A DNA stretch of 64,000 nucleotides. It comes from an uncultured Desulfarculus sp. Lineage in GTDB: Bacteria; Desulfobacterota; Desulfarculia; Desulfarculales; Desulfarculaceae. Made by a program: the position numbers and the translations under genes. The stretch lies in assembly GCA_963665125.2 (NCBI GenBank), contig CAXXUK010000001.1, forward strand, positions 2,432,001 through 2,496,000. The letters run 5' to 3'. The notes under the pieces are model-generated. The model was not told where the DNA came from. It saw nothing but the letters and a program-made list of their open reading frames with translations, and made no database searches. Positions 19,393 through 28,770 of this stretch are shown here, one piece after another; position 1 is the stretch's first letter; each line of letters opens with the position of its first letter.

Positions 19393-21606
19393 TCATTCAG
19401 CCTGCTCGAGGCCCGCGAATTTGAGTACAAGTGTTTTCAGGCCATAGGTCTGAAAATAGACCATGATTTTATCTTCACCCTTGTAGCCCATGACCTTGCC
19501 CTTGCCGAACTTGGCGTGGCTGACCATGGAACTGACGGCGTAAGGCCGGTCTTGATTCAAGAGCCTGCGGGCCACGGCGGCATTGCCAACCCCGGACGAC
19601 GTACCGGCAACCCGCCTGGCCGAGGTCTCGCGAGCCGGCGCGTCCGCTGCCGGAGCCGCGCCGGCGGCCCGCAAAAATGCGTCGCTGAAAACGCCACCGC
19701 CCGCCGACTGGCCCGCTAAAACACCGTCGGGCAGGCCGTCCAGAAAGCGGCTCAGTTCCTGGGGCCGCAGACCTTCGAAACGGCTGTAGCTCTCCCTGGG
19801 GGCCACGATGGTCAGTTCCCTGGCCGCACGGGTGCAGGCAACGTACATAAGGCGGCGTTCTTCCTCAACCGCTTCAGGGTCGCCGATGCTGGCGTGGGCG
19901 GGCAGGCGGCCGTCGGCGGCCCAGATCACGAACACATGGGGCCATTCCATGCCTTTGGCCGAATGAACCGTCGACAGGGTTATCCGCCCCCCGGCCAGTT
20001 CCTCGGCATGGGCGCTGGGCGGGTCCAGGACCAATTCGGCCAGCAGTTCCTCCATGCTTTCGTACTGCCGGGCCAGGCCGGGCAACTCCCCCAGATCGCG
20101 CATGCGCCGGGGCCAGTCCTCGAACTGCTCCTTGCAAACGGGCTCATAGTATTCCAGCACGGCCTCCATTTTATCCAGAGGCGGTGAACCAAGATCGCTG
20201 ATTTCATCCAACAGGTCGGCAAGCTGGCGCAGGCGACCGGTTTTTTCGGCATAGGGAGACTGGCGCAACTGCGTGCCGAACTGGCTGGGATTGGTGGCCA
20301 TGGCCACCCTGGCGATGATCTGCTGGGCCTTGGCCGGACCGACGCCGGGCATCAGAAGCAATATCCGCTGCCAGGATATGAAATCCTGGGGGTTGGCGAT
20401 GACTCGCAGATGGGCCAGAACGTCTTTGATGTGGGCCGCTTCCAAAAATTTGAGCCCGCCGTATTTGACGTAGGAAATATGCTCTGCCGTCAGTTCCCGC
20501 TCCAGGTCGAAGCTGTCGCGACCGGCCCGGAACAATACGGCGATGTCGTCGTGTTTGGCCCCCTTGGCCAAAAGGGAGCGGATGCGCTCGGTCACTAAAC
20601 GAGACTGGCCCCGCTCGTCCCTGGGCCGCTCCAGCTTCGGCGCCACGCCTTCGGTGGTCTCGGTGTAGAGCTTCTTGTCGTAGCGGTGGGCAGCAGCCGC
20701 GATGATGGCGTTGGTCAGGTCCAGGATGGGCTGGGTGGAGCGGTAGTTGCGCTCCAGCTTGACCACCCTGGTCCCGGCGAAGACCTCGGGGAACTCGAAA
20801 ATATTGCTGATGCGCGCGCCCCGGAAGCGATAGATGCTCTGGGCGTCGTCGCCCACCACCATGATCTCCTGGCCGCCCGATGCCAACAGGGCCAGCAGCC
20901 GGGCCTGCACCGCGTTGGTGTCCTGATACTCATCCACCAGCACATGACGCCACTTGGCGTTCAATTCACCACGGATGTCGGGATTGCCTTTGAGCAGGTC
21001 CTCGGTCATGAACAGCAGATCGTCGTAGTCGACCTGGTTGTGCAGGGCCTTGCTGCGGGCGTAGGCCTGGGCGATCTGCTCGATGGGCTGGGCATATTCC
21101 CACAGGTGGTCGGCCTGGGTCTCGATCAGTTCCGGGATGGTCAGTTCCATGTTCCGGGCCTTGGATATGGCGCCGAAGATGGTTCTGGGTTTGGGGAACG
21201 ACTTATCGGTCTTGCCTTTGACACCCAGTTCCTGGATCGAGCCGCGGATGAGCTGTTCGGCGTCGGCCGGGTCGAGGATCGTAAAGTTGGGTTGCAGACC
21301 CACCCGCGAGGCCCAGCGCCGCATCAGGCGGTTGCACAGCGAATGGAACGTGCCGCCGCTGACGTGGCGACATTGGGGGTTCAGTTCAACTGCCCGGCTC
21401 AGCATCTCCGCCGCGGCCCGTCGGGTGAAGGTGAGCAGCAGTATGCTCTCGGGCGGCTGGCCCTGATCAACGATGTGGGCCACGCGGTGGACCAGGGTCC
21501 TGGTCTTGCCGCTGCCCGCGCCGGCGATGACCAATACGGGGCCGCCGCGCATCTCCACGGCCTGGCGCTGGGCATCGTTGAGGCTGTCTAGGATGCCCCC
21601 GCTCAC
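19393..21606 (-). CDS. UvrD/PcrA-family ATP-dependent DNA helicase
   Basis: AGAGSGKT, VDEYQD, VGDDAQSIYRFRGA, NYRST, HSAKGME, EERRLMYVACTRA, C-terminal HAKFGKG module. Confidence 0.93.
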   Translation of the reverse strand: MSGGILDSLNDAQRQAVEMRGGPVLVIAGAGSGKTRTLVHRVAHIVDQGQPPESILLLTFTRRAAAEMLSRAVELNPQCRHVSGGTFHSLCNRLMRRWASRVGLQPNFTILDPADAEQLIRGSIQELGVKGKTDKSFPKPRTIFGAISKARNMELTIPELIETQADHLWEYAQPIEQIAQAYARSKALHNQVDYDDLLFMTEDLLKGNPDIRGELNAKWRHVLVDEYQDTNAVQARLLALLASGGQEIMVVGDDAQSIYRFRGARISNIFEFPEVFAGTRVVKLERNYRSTQPILDLTNAIIAAAAHRYDKKLYTETTEGVAPKLERPRDERGQSRLVTERIRSLLAKGAKHDDIAVLFRAGRDSFDLERELTAEHISYVKYGGLKFLEAAHIKDVLAHLRVIANPQDFISWQRILLLMPGVGPAKAQQIIARVAMATNPSQFGTQLRQSPYAEKTGRLRQLADLLDEISDLGSPPLDKMEAVLEYYEPVCKEQFEDWPRRMRDLGELPGLARQYESMEELLAELVLDPPSAHAEELAGGRITLSTVHSAKGMEWPHVFVIWAADGRLPAHASIGDPEAVEEERRLMYVACTRAARELTIVAPRESYSRFEGLRPQELSRFLDGLPDGVLAGQSAGGGVFSDAFLRAAGAAPAADAPARETSARRVAGTSSGVGNAAVARRLLNQDRPYAVSSMVSHAKFGKGKVMGYKGEDKIMVYFQTYGLKTLVLKFAGLEQAE

Positions 21607-23132
21607 GATGCGCTGAAGTGGGCCTTAAGGGCCGCTATGAGGTCGGGTATGGTGTAGGCGTCTGGCTCCAGGTGCACCTTGAAGCCGTATTCCCGCGCCG
21701 TCTGGCTGGTCACCGGCCCGATGGAGGCGATGGTGATCTCGTCATTCTGGCTGGCCGCGATCAACTGGTCCCGTTTTTCATCATCCAACAGCCGCATCAT
21801 GTTGCGCACCGTCGACGATGCCGTAAATGTGATGACATCAAGGCCGTCTTCCATGGCGCCGGCGATCTTTTCCCGGGAGCCCATGGGAATCATCGTCTCA
21901 TATGCCGCCACAACATCCACCAGGGCGCCCCGGTCCTGCAAGGTTTCGGGCAGCACTTGTCTGGCCTGGGCGGCTCTGGGGATAAGCACCTTCTTGCCCG
22001 CCAGGTTGTGTTCGCCAAGGGCCTCCAACAGGCCTTCGGCCACAAAGGTGCGGGCCGTGACATCGCAGGTCAGGCCCATGTCGCTGAGGGCCTGGGCCGT
22101 GGCCGGACCGATGGCCGCGATTTTCACGCTGCAAAGTGCGCGTACGTCCCGGCCGATGTTTTTCAGGGCGGTGAAGAACGGATCAACGCCATTGACGCTG
22201 GTAAACAGAATCCAGTCGTAATCACCGGCGTGACGGGCGGCCCATTCCAACTGACGCGGTTCCGGCAACGGCATGATTTCAATGGTGGGGCATTCCACCA
22301 CTTCAGCGCCGATGGCCCGCAGACCCGTGGAAAGCTTGCTGGCCTGTTTGCGGGCCCTGGTCACCAATACCTTCTTGCCGAACATGGGCAGCCGCTCGAA
22401 CCAGTTGAGGCGCTCCCGCAGACCCACAACGCCGCCGACGATGGTCACCGCCGGGGGCTTGATCCCGGCCTGGGCCACCTTGTCGGCCAGATCGGCCAGG
22501 GTGCCGCTGACGGTCTGCTGGCGGCTGGTGGTGCCCCAACGCACGCAGGCCGCCGGGGTATCCGGAGCCTTGCCGTGGGCCACCAACTGCTGGCAGATAT
22601 TGGGCAGGTTTTTGACGCCCATCAAAAAGACCAGGCTGCCTATTCCGGCCAGGGCGGACCAGTTGATGGTGGACTCGGGCTTGTCCGGGTCCTCGTGACC
22701 GGTGACAAAGGCCACTTCCGTGGCGTGACGGCGGTCGGTCACCGGAATGCCCGCGTAGCTGGCCGCGGCCACGGCGCTGGTCACGCCGGGCACCACCTCG
22801 AAGGCCAGGCCCAGGTCGTCCAGGGCCGTGGCTTCCTCACTGCCCCGGCCGAACACATACGGATCACCGCCCTTGAGGCGCACGACCGTCTTGCCGTTTT
22901 TGGCCAGGGTGCATAAAAGCTCGTTGATTTTTTCCTGGGTCATGGTGTGGTCGCCGCCCTTTTTGCCGACATAAATCATCTCGGCATTTTGCGGCGCCAA
23001 GGCCAGAAGCTCGGGATTGGCCAAAAAATCATAGACCACGGTGTCGGCCTGGGCCAGACAACGGGCCGCCTTGACGGTGATCAATTCGGGATCGCCGGGG
23101 CCGGCCCCGACCAGATAAACCTTGCCGCTCAT
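21603..23132 (-). CDS. cobA: Fused uroporphyrinogen-III C-methyltransferase / uroporphyrinogen-III synthase
   Basis: VGAGPGDPELIT and RLKGGDPYVFGRG (SUMT) followed by a HemD domain (VLVTRA, FTSVNGV, FTASSTV). Confidence 0.93.
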   Translation of the reverse strand: MSGKVYLVGAGPGDPELITVKAARCLAQADTVVYDFLANPELLALAPQNAEMIYVGKKGGDHTMTQEKINELLCTLAKNGKTVVRLKGGDPYVFGRGSEEATALDDLGLAFEVVPGVTSAVAAASYAGIPVTDRRHATEVAFVTGHEDPDKPESTINWSALAGIGSLVFLMGVKNLPNICQQLVAHGKAPDTPAACVRWGTTSRQQTVSGTLADLADKVAQAGIKPPAVTIVGGVVGLRERLNWFERLPMFGKKVLVTRARKQASKLSTGLRAIGAEVVECPTIEIMPLPEPRQLEWAARHAGDYDWILFTSVNGVDPFFTALKNIGRDVRALCSVKIAAIGPATAQALSDMGLTCDVTARTFVAEGLLEALGEHNLAGKKVLIPRAAQARQVLPETLQDRGALVDVVAAYETMIPMGSREKIAGAMEDGLDVITFTASSTVRNMMRLLDDEKRDQLIAASQNDEITIASIGPVTSQTAREYGFKVHLEPDAYTIPDLIAALKAHFSAS

Positions 23133-24061
23133 TTGGGCCCCTCCCCGTATACGCTGGCCAATATCTCTCGGCCGCCTGCGTCAAGCACTTCCTCGGCCGC
23201 TTGGCGGCCCAGTTGCGCCGCAGCATCGGGCGAACCGGTTTTTTTGCTGCGAATGACTTGTTTGCCGTCCAGGCTGGCCACCAGACCCTCGAATATTACT
23301 TGCCCGTCTTCAACCACGGCATACCCGGCAATGGGCACCTGGCAACCGCCCTCCAGCCGGGCCAGGAAGGCCCGCTCGGCGGCCACGGCCCAGGCCGTTT
23401 TCTGATGGTCCAGCCTGGTGCAAAGATCCATGGTGTATTGATCGGCCTGATTGATCTCGATGGCCAATGCGCCCTGGCCCACGGCGGGCAGCATCTGGGT
23501 GGGTTCCAAGGGACTGACCGGCACGTCGGCCATTTCCAGGCGGCGTAGGCCGGCCGAGGCCAGCAGGATGGCGTCCAGGCCCAACTCCTCCATTTTCTTG
23601 AGGCGGGTCTGCACATTGCCCCTGATGGAAACTATCTCGGCGTCCGGGCGCAAGGCCAGGGCCTGTGCCTGACGCCGCAGGCTGCTGGTGCCGATGCGCG
23701 GATTGGCCGGAAGCCCGTCAACGCCCCGACCGTCCCGGGTGACCAGCACGTCCCTGGGGTCTTCGCGCTGAGTGATGGCGGCGATGACCAGACCGGGAGG
23801 CAGTTCGGTGGGCATGTCCTTCATGGAATGCACGGCCACCTGGGCCTGGCCGGTGAGCAGGGCGTCTTCGATCTCCTTGACGAACAGCCCCTTGCCGCCG
23901 ACCTTGGCCAGGGGCACGTCCAGAATCTTGTCGCCCTTGGTCTTTAGCACCTTCAAATCAACGGTTAGGCCGGGGTCAAGCTCCCGCAGACGCGCGGCAA
24001 CCCACTCGGCCTGGGCCAGCGCCAATTGGCTGCCCCTGGTGGCTATGGTCAATTGAGGCAT
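23129..24061 (-). CDS. hemC: Hydroxymethylbilane synthase
   Basis: ATRGSQLALAQ, GKGLFVKE, VHSMKD, GTSSLRR, LEGGCQVP. Confidence 0.97.
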   Translation of the reverse strand: MPQLTIATRGSQLALAQAEWVAARLRELDPGLTVDLKVLKTKGDKILDVPLAKVGGKGLFVKEIEDALLTGQAQVAVHSMKDMPTELPPGLVIAAITQREDPRDVLVTRDGRGVDGLPANPRIGTSSLRRQAQALALRPDAEIVSIRGNVQTRLKKMEELGLDAILLASAGLRRLEMADVPVSPLEPTQMLPAVGQGALAIEINQADQYTMDLCTRLDHQKTAWAVAAERAFLARLEGGCQVPIAGYAVVEDGQVIFEGLVASLDGKQVIRSKKTGSPDAAAQLGRQAAEEVLDAGGREILASVYGEGPK

Positions 24062-24332
24062 GTCTTCAATATCAATCTGTTAGGGTCTTTTAACGAGTTC
24101 CCCGGGCCCATCGGCAAGGCGATAATGGGTCAAGCAGTACCACCGCACCGCGATTACTTGACTACGCGGCGAATGAGAACATGGGCTCGCCCGCGGGGTG
24201 AAATTATTTTGGATGTGCTTCGGTCACTGCCGGCGGTCCTTCCGGCGATTTTGCGATTGGAATCCACGCTCAACGGATACGGCCGGCTTGAAGTTTGTCA
24301 ACTTACCAAAATAATTTCATGAAATCTTGTAA

Positions 24333-24548
24333 TTAGCCGCAGGACGAGCAGTTCGTGCTGGTGCATCCGGCGCAGGAGCTTCCAGACCCGCTCAGGGAAG
24401 TTCCGTCGCTCTTGGCCGAAAAGCCGCTCATCAAGCGCCCCACGTCCTTGCCGCCGCACTCCGGGCAGCGGACTTCGTCCCCGGAGCTAAGCACCAGCAC
24501 CTCGAATTCCTTGTTGCAGGCCTTGCAAAGATATTCATAGATCGGCAT
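24333..24548 (-). CDS. FmdB-family zinc-ribbon protein
   Basis: MPIYEYLCKAC...FE...CPECG with a C-terminal CAGC...CSSC. Confidence 0.88.
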   Translation of the reverse strand: MPIYEYLCKACNKEFEVLVLSSGDEVRCPECGGKDVGRLMSGFSAKSDGTSLSGSGSSCAGCTSTNCSSCG

Positions 24549-24654
24549 TGCCATTTATCCTTTGGCGGTTTGGCCGCCCGTTGTTTGATCAATGGAAAAG
24601 GATTCCGTAGTAAATAATAGTATGGCCCTGCCGCCGATGCCGCAACCCAACCCG

Positions 24655-25593
24655 CTAGGCGTTTAATCCCTCGATAATCATGGCCAGCAGCAATGGAACG
24701 TTTATCTCGTGGTGCCCAGTAAGGCTTATGCCCTTGCCGCCGGTCAGCACCGGACGCCGCACCACGTTGGTGTTGGGCCGGTAATGCTGGATCATGTCCA
24801 TATTCACGGTGGTGAAATCCTTGACTTCGTGGCCGAGGTTGCGGGCCGCCGACAAGGCCTTTAAAAACACCTCGGGCAGCACAACGGCCGAACCGATGTT
24901 TAAATACACCCCTCCCTTTAACTCCGCCACCTGGTTTATCAGCTTGCGAAAGTCCACATGGCTGGCCTTGCCCGCAGCGGCCGCGTCAAAGCTGGGATGC
25001 ATGTGGATGATGTCGGCGCCCACGGCGATGTGAACTGTGACCGGAACATCGCGCCGGGAGGCGGAGGCCAAAAGAGAATAATCGACATTGGCCGGGGCGG
25101 CCTTCACCAGGGCCGAGCCAACGGCGCAGCCGAAGCCCTTGTCAGGCGAGGCGCTAACCGCGCCGTTTATGAATTCGCCGGTCTGGCGGGCCATGCCGAA
25201 GCTGCCGTCGGCCAGGGCCTCGGCCACGTCCTCGCTGGTCTGGCCGGCCAGGGCTATTTCGGTGTCATGGATGACGCAGGCCCCGTTGAAGGCCAAGCCG
25301 GTTATGATGCCCCGCTCCATGGCGTCTATGAGCAGCGGGCTCAGGCCCACCTTGATGACGTGGGCGCCCATGGCCAGGATCACCGGTCTGCCGGCCTTGC
25401 GCGCCGAAACGACGGCATCGGCCGCGACCCGCAATTCGTCGGCCGCCAATACGTGGGGAAGGCTGTGTATAAAATCCACCAGGCTGCCCCCCGGCTGCCA
25501 TGGCCTGCCCAGGTTGTCGCCACTGACTTTTGATTTTCTGACCGTAAGGTCCGTCAAATGTAGTTTGGTTAAATCGGCGGGGGTGCTTTTCAT
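24655..25593 (-). CDS. Conserved hypothetical protein, deoxyhypusine-synthase-like fold
   Basis: MGAHVIKVGLSP, IHDTEIA...TSEDV, GSAVVLPEVFLKALS, GHHEI; start overlaps the gmhA stop. Confidence 0.6.
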   Translation of the reverse strand: MKSTPADLTKLHLTDLTVRKSKVSGDNLGRPWQPGGSLVDFIHSLPHVLAADELRVAADAVVSARKAGRPVILAMGAHVIKVGLSPLLIDAMERGIITGLAFNGACVIHDTEIALAGQTSEDVAEALADGSFGMARQTGEFINGAVSASPDKGFGCAVGSALVKAAPANVDYSLLASASRRDVPVTVHIAVGADIIHMHPSFDAAAAGKASHVDFRKLINQVAELKGGVYLNIGSAVVLPEVFLKALSAARNLGHEVKDFTTVNMDMIQHYRPNTNVVRRPVLTGGKGISLTGHHEINVPLLLAMIIEGLNA

Positions 25594-26168
25594 CTAGAGC
25601 GTCCGAAAAGTTTAAGGTCAATCAGTTCACATATCAGATGGATAATCAGCCCGTGCAGTTCCTGTATTCTCGGCGTGTCGTCGCCGGGCGCGGAGATGCA
25701 GATGTCGCACATCCGGGCCATGCCGGCGGCCCTGGTGCTGGCCAGGCCTATGCACACCAGGCCGCGGCTGCGGGCGGCCCGGAAACCTTCCAGCACGTTG
25801 GGCGAAGTGCCGGAGGTCGATATGCCGAAGGCGACATCGCCATCAAGGCCCAACGCCTTGATCTGTTTTGAAAACAGCTGGTCAAAGGTGTAATCGTTGC
25901 CAATGGCGGTCAGGACGCTGGTGTCGGTTGTCAGGGCGATGCCGGGCAGGCCTGGACGCTCCAACTGAAAACGGTTCACCAACTCCGCCGTAAAATGCTG
26001 GGCGTCGGCGGCGGATCCACCATTGCCGAAACACAGCAATTTTTTACCATCGGCAAACGCCGAGGCTATGGTTTCTGCCGCACTGACCACGTCTTCGAGA
26101 CCAGTAGCCAGCAGCTGTTCCATGGCGGCTATTGATTTTTTTACACTCGCGGCGGCGGCGCCTAGCAT
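25590..26168 (-). CDS. gmhA: Phosphoheptose (sedoheptulose-7-phosphate) isomerase
   Basis: FGNGGSAADAQHFTAEL, TAIGND, STSG, TPRIQELH. Confidence 0.93.
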   Translation of the reverse strand: MLGAAAASVKKSIAAMEQLLATGLEDVVSAAETIASAFADGKKLLCFGNGGSAADAQHFTAELVNRFQLERPGLPGIALTTDTSVLTAIGNDYTFDQLFSKQIKALGLDGDVAFGISTSGTSPNVLEGFRAARSRGLVCIGLASTRAAGMARMCDICISAPGDDTPRIQELHGLIIHLICELIDLKLFGRSR

Positions 26169-26263
26169 GTTCCCTTGCTCCGGGGTGCGGCCATTGTCTG
26201 CAATAGCCCCAAAATACCGAGTAAATCGGCTAACAATCCGTATATCACATCACAAACACAATG

Positions 26264-26292
26264 AAACTATATGTCCGGCCCATGGATGTCAA
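26264..26292 (-). promoter_or_regulatory. Sigma70-type promoter of gmhA
   Basis: TTGACA-N17-TAGTTT. Confidence 0.55.
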
Positions 26293-26298
26293 GCCCGC

Positions 26299-27729
26299 TC
26301 ATTTACGGCGTCTCCTTTTGGGCTTGCGGCCGGAGCGCTCCCGAAGGATCAGTTTGAGCGGCGCGCAGTCCAGGCCCATGGCCCGGCGCAGTTCGTTAGT
26401 CAGGTAGCGCCGGTATGAAAAGTGCATTAACGTCGGGTCATTTACCACCAGGGCGATGGTCGAAGGCCGCACCGCCACCTGGGCCCCATAGAAGATCTTC
26501 AACCGCCGGGAGCCCATGGACGGCGGCGCATGACGCACCTGGGCGTCTTCCAGGGCCTGGTTTAGCCTGCCGGTGCCCAGGCGGGTGTTGTATTGCTCGA
26601 AAACCCTGTCCACCGTGGGCAGGACCTTGTCCACCGAACGCCCGGATTTGACGCTCATGCGCAATATCGGAGCCCATGGCGCGAAACGGAAAGACCTTTC
26701 GATCTGCTCTTCCAGGGTCTTGCGCTTGTATTCGTCGTCGAAGATCAGGTCCCATTTGTTGATGGCTATGATCAGACCCCGGTTCTGCTCCAGAGCCGCA
26801 CCTATCAGGTGCAGGTCCTGGTCGGTGATGCCCTCTCCGGCGTCGATCATGCACACCACAACGTGGGCCCGGTCTATGGCCCGCAGGGAGCGGAACACAC
26901 CGGCCTTTTCAATGCCGCGCTGGACCTTGCCCCGGCGGCGGATGCCGGCGGTGTCGATGATGGTGTAGTTCTTGTCGCCGATGACCAGGGGCGTGTCCAC
27001 GGCGTCGCGGGTGGTGCCGGGCACATCGCTGACCACCACCCTGGGCCCGCCGAACAGGGCGTTTAAAAGCGACGACTTGCCCACGTTGGGCCTGCCGATG
27101 AGCGCCACGCGGATCTCGGGCACGACCAGGCGCTCCTCTGGAAATTCGAGATCCTCCGGCGGTTCTTCCAGGGCGGCCAGTTCGTTGAGGCTGGGGAAGA
27201 CCGCCCCGCCGGGGACGGCCCTGGTCTCCTCCTCCTCGGGCAGCCGGGCCAGGATGTCGTCCATCAGGTCGTTCATGCCGTAGCCGTGGGCCGCGCTGAT
27301 GAAGTGCAGGTGCTCCACGCCCAGGCCGTAGAACTCGGCCGCGTCGTCTTCCATGCGTGCGCTGTCGATCTTGTTCACCGCGTAGATTACCGGCTTGTTG
27401 GTGCGCCGCAGCTTGTCGGCCACCTCCTGGTCCGCCGGGTTGATCCCGGACCGGCCGTCGGCCAAAAACAGCACCACATCGGCCTCGTCCAGGGCCAGCT
27501 GGATCTGATCGTTGACCTCTTCGGCGAAAAGCTGGTCGGCGGGCGGATCAAAGCCGCCGGTGTCGATGACCGTGAACTGCCGCTCATCCGCCACCACCCG
27601 GCCATAGAGCCTGTCCCGGGTAACGCCGGGCAGGTCGTGAACCAGGGCCTGGCGGGTCTTGGTCATGCGGTTGAAAAGGGTGGACTTGCCCACATTGGGC
27701 CGCCCCACTATGGCCAGAATGGCGCTCAT
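26299..27729 (-). CDS. der: Ribosome biogenesis GTPase Der (EngA)
   Basis: Two GRPNVGKS G-domains, PGVTRD / GTTRD, DTAG, NKWD, C-terminal KH-like domain. Confidence 0.97.
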   Translation of the reverse strand: MSAILAIVGRPNVGKSTLFNRMTKTRQALVHDLPGVTRDRLYGRVVADERQFTVIDTGGFDPPADQLFAEEVNDQIQLALDEADVVLFLADGRSGINPADQEVADKLRRTNKPVIYAVNKIDSARMEDDAAEFYGLGVEHLHFISAAHGYGMNDLMDDILARLPEEEETRAVPGGAVFPSLNELAALEEPPEDLEFPEERLVVPEIRVALIGRPNVGKSSLLNALFGGPRVVVSDVPGTTRDAVDTPLVIGDKNYTIIDTAGIRRRGKVQRGIEKAGVFRSLRAIDRAHVVVCMIDAGEGITDQDLHLIGAALEQNRGLIIAINKWDLIFDDEYKRKTLEEQIERSFRFAPWAPILRMSVKSGRSVDKVLPTVDRVFEQYNTRLGTGRLNQALEDAQVRHAPPSMGSRRLKIFYGAQVAVRPSTIALVVNDPTLMHFSYRRYLTNELRRAMGLDCAPLKLILRERSGRKPKRRRRK

Positions 27730-28770
27730 TTATCTATCTCCAGCCGGGGCCAGCAGTTTCGGCCCCGGATCATCGGGCAACAGGTCCACCAGGCCGCGCA
27801 GGGCTGCAAACCGGTCAAACTCCCCGCCGTCCAACAGCCCGCGCAGGGTGGCCAGGGCAGGCCGGGCATAGGCGGCGAAAAAGGCCTTGCGCCGCTCCAG
27901 GCACAAAAAGCCGTACGCACCAAGGGCCTGCATCACCCTGCTGGCGCTGACAAAGGGCCAGCCCCGGCGGAACAGGGTCTCGTCCAGGGGTCCCTGGGCG
28001 ATCCGTAATTCAATGTAACGATTCATCAGCCTTTTGCGCAAGGACCATGGCAGGCCGGCGTATGGATCGTGCAGCAAAGAGGCCAAATCATACTGGGCCG
28101 GGCCCAATCGCGCCCCCTGAAAATCAACGATGCCGATCCCGCCGGACCCCATGACGATATTGCGGCTCTGGAAATCCCGGTGCACCAGTCCCCAGGGCCC
28201 GGCGGCGGCGGCCAGCTCGGCCAACCCCGCCAAATCAGCGCGCGCATCCTCGCCGGGCTGCACGCCGCAGGCGGCCTTCACGAACCATTCCACAAAATAA
28301 CCGGCCTCGCGTTCCAGCAGGAATTCGGCGCTGAGCCTCTGGCCGTCAAAGCAATACTCCAATTCCAGCTGTTCCGCGCCCCTGGCCTGGATTCGTGCCA
28401 AGGCGACCAGCACTGGTTCGTACAGTGCGGCCGTCTCGTCTTCGCTTGCGGCCTCGGACAGGGCCTGGTGCAGGTTGGCATCGCCCAGGTCGCTCATCAG
28501 GAAGAGGCCCCGCTCCGGCTCGGCGGCCAGCACATCGGGCACCGGTGCGCCCGCGGCGGCCAGCACCCCGGCCAGGTGATGCCAGGCCCTGGCCTCGGGG
28601 ATGTTTTCCGGGCAGTGCATGCCCACCAGGCTCAGCCCGCCAGCCGTCAGCCTGGCGAAAAGGCGTGTGCTGCCATCCGGGGCCACGGGTTGGGCCTCGA
28701 TTTGGCCGGTCGCTCCGCCGGGCCAATTTGCCTTGGCCCATTGCAGCAAAGTGCGCAGGCGCTCAGGCAT
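27730..28770 (-). CDS. Aminoglycoside-phosphotransferase-fold kinase, AmgK-like (anomeric MurNAc/GlcNAc kinase)
   Basis: DGSTR, LMSDLGD, HRDFQSRN, DFQG, YDLASLL, QALGAYGFL; adjacent to a MurU-like gene. Confidence 0.78.
   Translation of the reverse strand: MPERLRTLLQWAKANWPGGATGQIEAQPVAPDGSTRLFARLTAGGLSLVGMHCPENIPEARAWHHLAGVLAAAGAPVPDVLAAEPERGLFLMSDLGDANLHQALSEAASEDETAALYEPVLVALARIQARGAEQLELEYCFDGQRLSAEFLLEREAGYFVEWFVKAACGVQPGEDARADLAGLAELAAAAGPWGLVHRDFQSRNIVMGSGGIGIVDFQGARLGPAQYDLASLLHDPYAGLPWSLRKRLMNRYIELRIAQGPLDETLFRRGWPFVSASRVMQALGAYGFLCLERRKAFFAAYARPALATLRGLLDGGEFDRFAALRGLVDLLPDDPGPKLLAPAGDR

Noticed and set aside
24199..24319. MITE interpretation of the 14-bp inverted repeat
   Set aside because: No target-site duplication and no second copy noticed in the window; kept only as a possible regulatory element.
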